Part shown: positions 18,588-44,837 of the stretch, piece after piece
How positions within the stretch are numbered: the stretch's first letter is position 1
Layout: each line of letters opens with the position of its first letter
Assembly: GCA_020137815.1 (NCBI GenBank)
Contig: CM035357.1
Coordinates: 6,944,001 to 7,008,000, forward strand
From: Hormiphora californensis
Taxonomy: Eukaryota; Animalia; Ctenophora
DNA length: 64,000 nucleotides
Reading direction: 5' to 3'
Made by a program: the position numbers and the translations under genes
Notes under the pieces: model-generated
Database searches by the model: none
What the model was told of the DNA's origin: nothing
What the model saw: only the letters and a program-made list of their open reading frames with translations

Positions 18588-19380
18588 TAGTAGAGTCGAT
18601 AACTACATCGACCTCTCCCAATTGTTCCAGTTTTTGTCACATCTGTTTGGAGCCTCGACACGACCTCTAAACAGGTGTTACTTTTTCACAAACTGTTTTC
18701 ATCTTGGTGTAATCAACAGTTGAAATGTTGCTGATCATAACAAAAACCTGACTAAATTTTTTCAACTTGGGGTAAAACCATGGGTGTCAAAAGTTAGCTC
18801 TAGGTCCCCTGAGTAACCATCCGGAGACTCTAAGAGATATTTCAAGCCGTTCTCCCGTAATCATTAATCCCGGTGGAGAAAAAAATACAATGCGGACGTA
18901 CGTGAGCGCTGGCAGGCTGTTTACATGTTATTGTATGTCTCTCACTCTCTCTGGAAAAACCGCACGTGCGGTTGCGCCGCGCGAGATAACTCTTTCTCAA
19001 GGGGGAGAAAAGAGAGAGACGCACATTAACGTTATACATTAAAGTTGAGGTTGTAGGCAATTGCACGTACGTCCATACTCAAATATGTGCTCTACCGGGA
19101 TTAATGATTACAGGAGAACGGCTTGAAATATCTCTTGGAGTCTCCGGATGGTTACTCAGGGGACCTAGAGCTAACTTTTGACACCCATGGTTTTACCCCA
19201 AGTTGAAAAAATTTAGTCAGGTTTTTGTTATGATCAGCAACATTTCAACTGCTGATTACACCAAGATGAAAACAGTTTGTGAAAAAGTAACACCTGTTTA
19301 TAGGTCGTGTCGAGGCTCCAAACAGATGTGACAAAAACTGGAACAATTGGGAGAGGTCGATGTAGTTATCGACTCTACTA
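18588..19380. mobile_element. Foldback MITE with TAG...CTA ends and 3-bp TSD (Academ-like)
   Basis: TIRs of about 285 bp (TAGTAGAGTCGAT.../...ATCGACTCTACTA); TSD CTA; removing the element and one TSD restores the LINE frame DIL-GEMDKG. Confidence 0.88.
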
Positions 19381-19383
19381 CTA

Positions 19384-20628
19384 GGGGAAATGGATAAAGG
19401 AAACGTAGTAGCTCTTATCTGTCTAGATATGAGTGCTGCTTTTGATACGGTTGACCATGGAAAGTTGTTGGAGGTGTTGCAGAAACGGTTTGGAGTGGAT
19501 GGTGAACCTCTCCGATGGTTTAAAAGCTATTTGAGTTCCAGATCTTTTAGAGTTTCGGTCGGTGATTGCCTTTCGGAAACCCTTGCTTTACTTTGTGGAG
19601 TCCCTCAAGGGTCCCTCCTTGGTCCTATTTTGTTCCTACTCTACATCGAGGCTGTACAAGATATTGTGGAGCCATATGGACTCCGGATAAAGTTATATGC
19701 AGATGATTCCCAGCTCTACGTGAGTCTGGTTCCTACGGATGCTGCTGGCTGGGTTGAGGCAAAGGTGGATATTGAGGAGTGTCTGGCGAAGGTGAAGAGG
19801 TGGATGGTAGGGCAGTGGTTGAAGTGTAATGAGGCCAAAACGGAATTCATCCTGCTTGGAAAGCGCAGTTCTCTAAGCAAAGTCTCTTTTGATCCAGTTA
19901 TTAACTTTGGAGGAACGGAAATCTCCCCCAGTGAATGTAGTGGAACAGATGGTAAAACCCTGGGAATTCTCTTGGATCATAACCTTGGCCTTGAACGACA
20001 GGTTAACAATGTGAGGAAACAGTGTGGACTGATGTTACGAAACCTTTGGCAACTGCACAGGTGTTTTGATATCCCAACAAAGATAATGTTGGTCAAACAG
20101 TTGATTTTATCGAGGATAGACTACAGTAACATTCTGTATTGTGGACTTCCTGGTCGAGTTCTCAGTGGGCTCCAGAAGCTTCTCAATGCCTGTGTTCGTT
20201 TTGTATTTAACCTCCACGGACACCAGGACAACTACATGGAGTATTTCAGGCAATGTCATATTTTACCGATCTCCTACAGGTTGGACTTCAAAGCATGTTT
20301 GATTGCCTACAAAATAGTCAATGGAACAGCCCCGTGTTATCTCCAGGATTTGGTGCCACGTGATGAGACTTGGGGAACCTCTAGGACAACGAGGATGACT
20401 AATGTTCCGGATCCCTATAGTTTAAAACATCCAAAGATGACCAGTATCAATGCCAACTCTAAGTTGAGACGTAGGAGGTTATCAGTATTCCTGCCCTCTG
20501 TCTGGAATGAGCTTCCTCTTGAGCTCAGGTCAATCCCCAATGTGGATACTTTCAAAACCCGGCTGAAAACACATCTCTTCGTTGGTGCATTTGGAGTGGG
20601 TGATGGGGAACCCATGGCTGAGTTGTAA
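19384..20628 (+). pseudogene. LINE ORF2 (reverse transcriptase), part after the insertion
   Basis: Open to the stop codon; RT core motifs present. Confidence 0.85.
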
Positions 20629-22184
20629 TGTTTGTTGTAGTTGTGGGGCCTGCGGGCAATCAGTGTCATCCTCTCTCTAGCCATGTTATTAATTCATTAC
20701 CTAGTATCCTTTTTTCGAGCAGGTGTGAGTATAGTGTGTTTTAATTTATATCTACAGGATTATGGGACCAGTTATTCCCTCAGTTTTATAAGTCAAGTTT
20801 ATTTAGTCGTCTATATATTGTTTTTCAACCAGAGCTGTTCGAGTGTGTCATATAAGTAGTCGAGGATATACCGCTCTGATGATTCGGCGGAACATCGTCA
20901 ATATTTTGACATGTCTCTGTCGGGTATGGGCGGTATATAAGCGCGGAATATTATTATTATTATTATTAAATTTCGAACAGATGGCTCAATACTAAGTTCG
21001 CCAAACAAAATCCAGCTCTTAATTTACGTCATCTCACTGCCACTAAATCAAATAAGTCACGATAATATATGCTACCTGAGAGGTAGAGATCGAATATATT
21101 TTTCATCATGCTAGATAGAATGTATACCTGAAGGAATATTATATCTGCCCTGGCCTTCTTCTTTATGCATTAGATTACTGATTATTTCTTCAGCATGATT
21201 CGTTTTTTAAGAGCTTCGGTCCTCTTGCCTTGACTCTGCTTCACCCCGTACGGATAAACATTTTTGAAAAACAAAAAGGGTTGAACGAAACAATGGTCCT
21301 CTCATCTCTGGTCTAGATTCGACTTTTTGGTATCGAAATTCAAAATTACAAAACTGACCGGTTGGCGGTCTTTCTTATGATCACACGGAATTCGAGTTTG
21401 TTTGGCGTATTTCGGATCATAACTGATTTGAAAACTTTTATTTTGTCGACTAGCCAGAATGACGTCATTCGCACTGTTTTATTTCTCTCTCTTTCATTTC
21501 TCTCTAGTGAAGTCTGGTGAGCAGGGTTGAATTATTTGTCAGTTGTCTCTCATTAAATGGGATAGGGCTGGGGTCGCGTCCCACTGGGGCCTGGTCACGG
21601 GTCGGTATGGCCCAAGAATCCATTGATATATGTAATATGGATTCTTGGGTCTTCAATTCTGTCCGTGACTGTTTTTTTTCTTTAACAAAATTTCGGCCAA
21701 TTATTTTCCTAATAAATCGTGAGTAATTTTTGCTCATTTAATTAAAATTTCCGGCATATCTATGATCTAAAACAGAATTTTTTTAGAGTGGATTGATAAC
21801 ACTCACAGTTTCGAATTTGGGGTAGGGTTATATTACCTCCAGTAATCTTTCGCTGTATGTGACGTTGAAACTTTAACACGATTAACTTAAATTTTGTTTT
21901 AATGTTATCAATGTCTTCCAAAGACCCTGCATTCATCCTTTTATCTCGTCTCATTCCCGCTCTTGCATTCAGTCTCAAACGACAAACTTGCAAACTGAAT
22001 CCATGCCCTAGTAGCCCTGGTAGATAAAATTTGAACCAGTAATATTCGATAGTAAATTGTTTACTGGCCACATGTTACCTAAAACTATCCTTTGGTAACG
22101 AAGTTGCCCCTCCCTTGCCAGCGCACGGCGAAGTAGTTATTTCGTAACTAAAAGCTCCTTTTAATTACTGTTTCGATGCAGGCA

Positions 22185-35874
<13,690 letters not shown>

Positions 35875-36879
35875 GACAATGGATAAATGGGGGAAGTCGA
35901 AATGCAGTGACATGAACTACTCGTGAAGAAGACAAATTAGAGGTCATTGAATAATGAACAATTGCTTCGAACACTAAAGCTTTATCGAGCTTTTATTATG
36001 ATATTGACACTAAATACTGATAATTAGTGATATTAACTTATGTTATTTAGAACTTTTTCTAGTAGGAAAGTAATTGTTTCCTGCAGAAATATCTGAGTGA
36101 GTCTGACTACTCTTCAGGTTCGACTTCACGTCCGTGGCTAGTAATAGTTTAGAGAAGTTTGTAAAAAATTTTGGTTAGCGTACCCTTAAATGGACTAAGA
36201 GCATCCAGGACAGCAAATTTTAGTTTAGGGTTTTTAGTTTTGATTATACTAAGGATCATAATGATATTGATAATGATAGTCACTATTCACTATTAATATT
36301 ATTAATACATAGTATTATAGTGGTTTTAATTAGATGGAGTAGGAGTGGAGTATCATTGTTTTAGTTTCTGTTGACTGTTTAGATCCTTGGGCACGTCGGG
36401 GTTGCCCACTGCGCGGGAAATCTAGATCCCAGACTGACTCAAACATGTATTTTAGGTATATTTATAGTTTATTTAGTCATATCAAAGTGAACCATACGTC
36501 ATCATCATGAGGCCGAGGACGGGGATAAGATTAAATAGCAATACCGTATGGCGAAGAGAATTATCGAGAATTTCTTAAATTTTACGAGATTATATTGTTG
36601 TCATATCATAACTATATGATAAAGCTATTATGGAAGATAATAAGATACGTTATTTTAATCTGTTGTCCAGTCACTGGTGCTTGTGCTGGAAATACCGTAA
36701 CGGAGAATGCCGTGTAAGACGTGAACGCGCGATTTATTTGAGTATGCGCTGCAAAATTGTAGGCGCGGTACGTCTTAAAATTGAACGCGCGCCTGAAAAA
36801 TATTCATTTTTAAAGTCGCGGCGCGGCCAGCGTTAAAATCTGGGTGTTTTGGGGCCAGCGTTAAAATCTGGGTGTTTCG

Positions 36880-37319
36880 TGAGTGCTGACAAACGGTTTT
36901 TTAGGGTTAGGGCTAAAGTAGGGTTAGGGTTAGGGTTGGGGTTTGGGTTGGGGTTAGGCCTTGACATTCCCTACCAGATAAACTTTGAATCAGCCAAAAC
37001 GGTTGAGTGGTTTGGCGGTTAGAGCCATTTTAGTGAATCAACTTTTTTGGCAGCGCGCACCTGTAAACAGGCCTCCAAACACCCAGATCGTAACGGCGCC
37101 CGTGTTTTGGGAGTGCTGACAAACGGTTTTTTAGGGTTAGGGCTAAAGTAGGGTTAGGGTTTGGGTTGGGGTTATGCCTTGACATTCCCTACCAGATAAA
37201 CTTTGAATCAGCCAAAACGGTTGAGTGGTTTGGCGGTTAGAGCCATTTTAGTGAATCAACTTTTTTGGCAGTGCGCACCTGTAAACAGGCCTCCAAACAC
37301 CCAGATCGTAACGGCGCCC
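36880..37319. repeat. Tandem duplication (about 230 bp) carrying degenerate (TTAGGG)n
   Basis: 36880-37101 repeats at 37111-37319; each copy contains TTAGGGTTAGGGCTAAAGTAGGGTTAGGG. Confidence 0.8.
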
Positions 37320-37567
37320 TCGCGGCGCCCGTCTTTTTTGCCCGAAGCTTGGAAGTTGAAAAGCGCCGTAGCATTTGCCAAAAGCTGAAATCAACCTCCA
37401 AAAGCAAATGAACGGGCTGTTTGCTTCCATTTCCCTTACTAGAAATTCTAGCAGAATAAACATGTCTCTCCAAAAAGGATACATCCGAAATCAAATATTA
37501 CATGAGGCATGTGACACCCTCTCTTTTACTTCAGCTTCACCAGTATTCATGAAACCTCCAACGTTTT

Positions 37568-37665
37568 AGCTACCGATCAATCTCTAACCTCAGTTTCGTT
37601 TCTAAAATCATCGAAAAAATGCGTTGCTCATCGGCTCACCGAACACCTGGAACAAAATCTCTTTT
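37568..37665 (+). mobile_element. Short LINE reverse-transcriptase fragment
   Basis: Translates SYRSISNLSFVSKIIEK then, after a 1-nt shift, CVAHRLTEHLEQN; homologous to the LINE motif at about 18415. Confidence 0.65.
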
Positions 37666-38528
37666 TTTTCTACACGACAAAATTCCGGTCGGCTCCTATC
37701 GACAGAATGGCTATAGACTTACACTTGTGCAACTACCAAATGAGTTGTTGGAAAATTTCACACGCTAAATTCACACGAGCTGGTTGGGTGGTCACACTCA
37801 CATACCCTGCTCACTTTTTTATCGTTATTTCTCCACAGCTATTGAACCCATCCACGTTTTCACTGATTCGCTAAAATGTGTTTTTAAATAATCACATACT
37901 CCCGAAAGTGTGAATAAAAACTTTGTTCATATAAATGTGTTGATGAATGAGCATAACAACACAATGAACGGACGGCCATCACTTCGACGTTCATCTCCAA
38001 ATTATAACCACCGGGTGCACCTGAAATATGGGCTGTTGACGACCCTCTGTCTCCAAACAACGCACTGAACGAACGCGGCCATTTAATTACGTCGTTCAAC
38101 TCCTTTGAGATTGGTGATAATCTTGCTCTCCTTTTCTCAAAAGTAATTAGTGAGTGTCTCCTCGGCTCACGGCTTTTGTGCTGCTAATCGGACAATACAT
38201 AAAAAAGCTATGATGTCAATAATGGACAAAACTGTAGGTTAAATTTATTTCCTCCAATAATACTAATTCTTGAAGTTTGAGAATTACAAGAATTAAAAAT
38301 TAGTTTACACAATTCAATCAATAGATAAATACTACATAATACCCCACACTCAGCCTAGACATGAGTGTGAACAAGAAACATTCATGTCTGTGTTACTCTC
38401 CAAAAAGTATACATCCGAAATCAAACATTGCAGGATGCATCCAGCATCCTCTTTTCTATTTCACCAAGCAGTGTTTTTCAAAATCATAAAATCATACATT
38501 GTTTTCACGTCATCGTTGAATCAATCCA

Positions 38529-40749
38529 CTACGAAACAAGCGGCCTCACATCCACTTTAACCTTATTGATAAGTCTCATAACAGCCATATTCTGGTTGAT
38601 CATGGGTGGATTTTTCAAATCAAACGCCTGTGTCATTTCAAAGTTTTTACACAGAACAGAAAGAGAGAGCTTCATCAGCATCATAGCGAGATGTTTTCCT
38701 AGGCATCCCCGGGATCCAGTCCAGAAGGGGAGGTATGAAAAGGAGGCCGGGTTAAACCCATCATTCCATCGATCCGGGTTGAACTTCTTGGGCTCAGCCC
38801 AGTTGGTTGGGTCCATGTGCATAACATACTCGCTAAAGTGAATCCTGATGTTGTTACTCCATATCTTGTACGGTCCGACCTTTCCTTTTCTGTTTGTGCT
38901 GAGGGGAGAAAGATTTAGCACGTGCAAGAGGTCTCCAAAATACACTACAAGGGTGGTAAGCATCACTTACACGTAAGTTCGGGTCCCTCTAAGTAGGGCA
39001 GGACCCATTCGAAGTCCTTCCAGCAAGCATTTTTCAGTATATTCCAACCTATAATGATACATTGGAATAAAATTAATTTTAAGTGCATTTTAAAAACGGT
39101 TGGCAAACATTATGTTACATTACTTTCCACAATTTCCGCAACAATTTTACCGAATGTGATTAAAGGACCGATTCCTTACTTGGAAAGATCTCTGAAATCA
39201 TTAATCTCAGTTGAACGGAGTTCAGTCATAAGCTTGCTCTGCACTTCAGGTTCTTTATCCAAAAACATAAAAAGGGCACACAGCTGTTTCACCATATTAT
39301 CCATCACCAAACAAATCTAAAAAAGGAGTAATTTTAATACCCGGCCTGCATTCTGTTGCAGACACAAACATGTAATATTCCATTATCCAAAGCATATTAC
39401 ACACATAAACAGGGTGGTGGTGGTGGTTTAGGTTTTGTTTGGTTCATGCCCTACAATGACAGAGAGGTGCAATAGTAGCGTAAAATTATATATTTTTTGC
39501 ATATCTTACCGTCATAAGATCATCAACTACGCTCTCGACAACAAGAACAGTATTATCCTTCAACTCTTTCCCATTATCTGACATATTTGCTTCAATCAGG
39601 AGGCCAATGAGATCATCTGATTTTTGCTCACCCATTCCCTTAAAGGCTAAACATGATAGTGTTATCTATTAGTGTACGCTGAGGCTTCGTACCTTTTCTT
39701 GAGACAAAAAGTATCGATATCGGTCGAAGAGAGGTTTTGGAATGTCCTCCAGAATCTTGAAAACATTGTCAGCAACAACCTCTGGCGAATAAAAGTCTTG
39801 GAGGCCAAAGACTTGGAGATAAGCTGCAAATGTAACGGCAAGCTCATCATGTAGATCAATTTCGGTGCCAGTTTTTATAGTTTTTCGCCATTTCTCCAGT
39901 ATGGGACCCTCCATGTGTGTCTTACAGGATGTGAACAGTTCCTTCATGTTGGTCTTAGCGAAAAACTGACTCATTATCTTTCGCTTCACGGCCCATTTGA
40001 TGCCACCTCCACTGAAAACATTTTTCTGATTATGTATCGTGTCCTGCACTCTTTCGTGCGTGTCATTTGCAGGACTATCTAATATAATGTTGGCATGTTC
40101 CTTGCCCGTCAGCTCTCACACCGGGCCGAAGGCCCGGTGTGAGCTTACGCGAGCCCGAAGGGCGAGCGTAAGCTTAAAGTGCCGAACAGACAGACTGCGT
40201 AGCATGGCAAATATAATGTATCATAACCCAAAGTCGCTACCTTAAGATGCTTTGCGTTCCAATGATCTTTTGTCCGAAAAGAAACCGGTTCGGGAGGGTA
40301 TTTACTTTAATAAAACTATTGAGATCAGTTGCTACTGATCTTAGCATTTGAGGATCTGACACAAAGATAAAGGGCATGGGGCCAAGCCAAAATAAGATAT
40401 TCTTGCCATTTTCTTCAGTCCACTTTAAGAATAGATCCAGGAATGCATTCTTGGCTTTGTATTCGCGGAGAGTTGGTTCGTTACCCTGTAGTGAATTGAG
40501 GTGGATTATTATAGGGAATAGAAAAAGTATTCTATAATTGAGCCTGAATGTGGAGGTCAGTCTGTGTGGACAGTCTGAGGACACATTGTGTGGGTATAAA
40601 CAAGTAAGTTGGCCTGTACTCACCTTATAGAAGGAATCGACAGGCGGCTGGGGAAATACACTCAATGATAAACGGGTAAAGTAGATAGTTGCTGAATAGT
40701 ATATCACCCACATCACCATAACAAGTAGTAATGATATGGTCAGATACAT
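38529..40749 (-). pseudogene. Cytochrome P450, multi-exon, with at least one apparent frameshift (about 39280); pseudogene or consensus error
   Basis: N-terminal TM anchor plus FPQPP, FWLGP, W-x-x-x-R (WAVKRK), EGLR (ExxR), FNPDRW and heme motif FWTGSRGCLG. Exons approx. 40749-40624, 40485-40241, 40040-39693, 39640-39510, 39317-39181, 39049-38971, 38900-38529. Confidence 0.85.
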
Positions 40750-40998
40750 GGTTAGCTATATTGGTAGAAGAACCAATCATTACGGATATTATGAATAACA
40801 ATAGTATGGGCAACCCACTAGCAAACTAAACTTCAATTTCATATAAATAACCTGTAATAACAATTCTGACCCGTCACGGCTCGAGCTCATTTGAGATGAT
40901 ATCAGTAGAAAAAGTCAGGTGACAGTGCGTAGGAAATCACGTTCTTACCGGGCTATATTTTATATCCCACCACCCACACAAAAAAGGAATGATGAGTT

Positions 40999-41098
40999 AT
41001 AAATCTAAATTGAGTTTAATTGTAGACTGTAGAGTCTACAGTCGACTGTATATGTAGACTCTACAGTCTATTATATTTAAACTCAATTTAGATTTATA
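40999..41098. repeat. 100-bp palindromic mini-element
   Basis: TATAAATCTAAATTGAGTTTAA...TTAAACTCAATTTAGATTTATA, with inner TAGACTGTAGAGTCTACA/TGTAGACTCTACAGTCTA. Confidence 0.75.
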
Positions 41099-41196
41099 CT
41101 ACAGTGTTGAGTGTTCTATCATCGCAAAGTGATTGGAAAATGTAGCAGATCAGGTCAGATACCTAGATGACTATAATGCCGGACGTGGCAACTTAA

Positions 41197-42586
41197 GGGT
41201 ACGCTAACCAAAAAAATTTTTCGAGTGCAGGGAAATCTCTCACCGTAGGGTTGTAGGCCATGCCAAGGAGACCTTAAATATGCAATTTGAGCTCTCAAGT
41301 CGAATTCATATTTTTGCTACAGCTGCTTGAAAAATGAACTGAAAATTAGTTTTTGGCATCTCAAAAAATTTTTTTTAAAGATAGGAGCATGAAAATTTGG
41401 GGATTTGAAGAGGACATGAAGGTGAATAACCACAAAAATTTTTTTTGCAATCCGAGCTGATTTCCGGTCCTGAGATGGATTTCTTTCTTTCCACTTTAAC
41501 GCCCTATTTGGCAAAGTTCCGAAAACATGTGAAAGCTGTAAATTGGTGAAAAGTTGCGTCTAACGATTCTCTATATGGCCATAAATTTTGGGCACGTCCT
41601 TATTTGAGATAAGCTGTACAGAGTTTTTTTTGTGAAAGCCGTCATTTCAGAAATAAATAAATTCCCTGTATCTCAAAAACGGTTGATCGTAGAGACCTGA
41701 GACTATGCTTAAACGATTCAGAAGGTCCGATTTTGGGGGGGTCTTCTGAGAGACATTTTGCTCCTACTTCAACCGTTTTTGCTGTAATTGCGAAAAACAA
41801 ATTCTATGAAAAGGACAAAAGCTAAACTCCAATATCCTGTAATTAGGGAATTTTAGCTAAGAAAGGACCGAAACTATGGAAAAATGTTTAACGAGCTAAT
41901 TCATTCACTATTTGGTCCATATGGGTCCCTATAATCACCAAAAACAAAATCACAAAAAATCCACGATGGCGAAGATGGGTTTTTGTTTTTCGCAATTACA
42001 GCAAAAACGGTTGAAGTAGGAGCAAAATGTCTCTCAGAAGACCCCCCCAAAATCGGACCTTCTGAATCGTTTAAGCATAGTCTCAGGTCTCTACGATCAA
42101 CCGTTTTTGAGATACAGGGAATTTATTTATTTCTGAAATGACGGCTTTCACAAAAAAAACTCTGTACAGCTTATCTCAAATAAGGACACGCCCAAAATTT
42201 ATGGCCACTTAGATAATCGTTAGACGCAACTTTTCACCAATTTACAGCTTTCACATGTTTTCGGAACTTTGCCAAATAGGGCGTTAAAGTGGAAAGAAAG
42301 AAATCCATCTCAGGACCGGAAATCAGCTCGGATTGCAAAAAAAATTTTTGTGATTATTCACCTTCATGTCTTCTTCAAATCCCCAAATTTTCATGCTCCT
42401 ATCTTTAAAAAATTTTTTTTGAGATGCCAAAAACTTATTTTCAGTTCATTTTTCAAGCAGCTGTAGCAAAAATATGAATTCGACTTGAGAGCTCAAATTG
42501 CATATTTAAGGTCTCCTTGGCATGGCCTACAACCCTACGGTGAGAGATTTCCCTGCACTCGAAAAAATTTTTTGGTTAGCGTACCC
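41197..42586. mobile_element. Kolobok-like foldback element (TTAA TSD, GG ends)
   Basis: TTAA-GGGTACGCTAACC...GGTTAGCGTACCC-TTAA; arms of about 600 bp. Confidence 0.88.
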
Positions 42587-43172
42587 TTAATGCTACACTA
42601 CACGGCTCATTTGAAATAATGTCAGTAGAAAATAGGAAATCAAGTTCTCACTGGGCTATATTTTATCTCGACCAAAACGTGGAGTTCTTACACAAAGCAT
42701 ATGAAGACAAAACTCCAGTCGGCTCCTATATCGACAGAATGGCTTATATAGACGGAGCGCTTACACTTGTACAAACGCCGATCACAGGTGTAACTACTAT
42801 GAGTTGTCGGAAAATTTCACACGCTTAGTCACTGGCTGGGAATTCACATAGTACATACCCTGCTCACTTTTTTATTTCTCCACAGCTATTGAACCCGCCG
42901 ACTTTTTCCGCAGAGACGGTTTGAACACATTTGCAACACTTTTCAATGTTTAATATAGATCACACACACATTAGGTATATCGCATGTAATTTCACTGTTG
43001 TAAGCATTCACACCCGGGTTTGGGTCGACCTAAACGTGAAAGACGTGCAGATTGTTAGAGGAGCATGTTCCGAGAAAGGACCATTATACTTACTCGATCA
43101 TCCCCACCCCGTAATCCGCCCTGTCAGAACTCTGACTTCTGAGGGGTCACTAAGGCACACATTTTGGCTATA

Positions 43173-43345
43173 CAGTCAGACTCCGATTTAGTGGCCCCCG
43201 ATTTAGTGGCCCCCGATTTTTGGCAGTGGCAGGATTTTTCCCCCTGATATAGGAAATTAATATTATTTGAACCCGATTTAGTGGCACCCCGATTTAGTGG
43301 CAGGATTTTTTCCCCCGAGGATGCCACTAAATCATGGTCCGACTG
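43173..43345. mobile_element. Tc1/mariner-type MITE, same family as 2904
   Basis: TA-CAGTCAGACTCCGATTTA...GGTCCGACTG-TA. Confidence 0.82.
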
Positions 43346-43904
43346 TAGTTAACTCCAGCCATAAGTTTCTTATCAAATTGTATGCCTTTGAGTGATTTTT
43401 GATCGTTTCGGAAACATTTCGAATTGGTTTGCACTTTGCAACACCGTGTCGGAAAATTTCCGTAGCAACCTCGGTGCATGTAACGGGTCGGAATGTTTCG
43501 TGCAACGTAGGCTCGCAGTTATTCTAGATACACACCCCCCATACCATACTAATTCAATCTAATCCTTGGTATTCCCTAGCTATGAAGTTTGTTAAACCAG
43601 ACCCACCTCCCAACTTTTCTCTTTTCTCACCCGAATCTTCACTTCCAACGGAGGAGAGAACACAGGTAACTCCCCAGTCCCCCCCCCCCACTTCCAACGG
43701 AAGAGAGAACACAGGTAACTACCCAGCTCCCTCCCTAGTCCCCCCAACCTGACTACGATTTCTCTAATCTCTTGAGTCCCCGAATTACACACACACACAC
43801 ACACATCTCGTTTCAGTTTCGAACCCGTGCTGCTGATGTGTTTGGCAATTTGTCTCGGGACAATGTTGAGCCGACATCAGATGACCTTCCTGGTAACATG
43901 GGTC

Positions 43905-44774
43905 CCCCTGTATCCAGGACAACCAGGTAGAGTCTCCCTGTCTCCAGGACAACCAGGTAGAGTCCCCCTGTCTCCAGGACAACCAGGTAGAGTCTCCCTG
44001 TCTCCAGGACAACCAGGTAGAGTCTCCCTGTCTCCAGGACAACCAGGTAGAGTCTCCTTGTCTCCAGGACAACCAGGTAGAGTCTCCCTGTCTCCAGGAC
44101 AACCAGTTAGAGTCTCCCTTTGTCCAGGACAACCAGTTAGAGTCTCCCTGTCTCCAGGACAACCAGGTAGAGTCTCCCTGTCTCCAGGACAACCAGGTAG
44201 AGTCCCCTGTCTCCAGGACAACCAGGTAGAGTCTCCCTGTCTCCAGGACAACCAGGTAGAGTCTCCCTGTCTCCAGGACAACCAGGTAGAGTCTCCCTGT
44301 CTCCAGGACAACCAGGTAGAGTCCCCTTGTCTCCAGGAGAACCAGGTAGAGTCTCCCTGTCTCCAGGACAACCAGGTAGAGTCTCCCTGTCTCCAGGACA
44401 ACCAGGTAGAGTCTCCCTGTCTCCAGGACAACCAGGTAGAGTCTCCCTGTCTCCAGGACAACCAGGTAGAGTCTCCCTGTCTCCAGGACAACCAGGTAGA
44501 GTCTCCCTGTCTCCAGGACAACCAGGTAGAGTCTCCCTGTCTCCAGGACAACCAGGTAGAGTCTCCCTGTCTCCAGGACAACCAGGTAGAGTCTCCCTGT
44601 CTCCAGGACAACCAGGTAGAGTCCCCCTGTCTCCAGGACAACCAGGTAGAGTCTCCCTGTCTCCAGGACAACCAGGTAGAGTCTCCCTGTCTCCAGGACA
44701 ACCAGGTAGAGTCTCCCTGTCTCCAGGACAACCAGGTAGAGTCTCCCTGTCTCCAGGACAACCAGTTAGAGTCT
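43905..44774. repeat. 30-bp minisatellite, about 29 copies
   Basis: Unit CCCTGTCTCCAGGACAACCAGGTAGAGTCT. Confidence 0.97.
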
Positions 44775-44837
44775 AACCGTGAAACAAGTGGTGACCAACA
44801 GTGGATAATTGTTTATTTTACCTCACCTTTTTCTCAG

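Larger units (their letters stand above)
17810..20968 (+). mobile_element. 5'-truncated non-LTR retrotransposon (CR1/L2-group LINE), interrupted by a MITE
   Basis: ORF2 fragments with NYRPVSNIPFLSKLLEK, LDMSAAFDTVDH, GVPQGSLLGP and LYADD; (TAT)n 3' tail at about 20949-20968. The 5' boundary is approximate. Confidence 0.9.

Noticed and set aside
42931-43191. Possible upstream exon of the TSSC4-like gene or a separate small gene
   Set aside because: No recognisable motif, and no splice phase that I could link with confidence.
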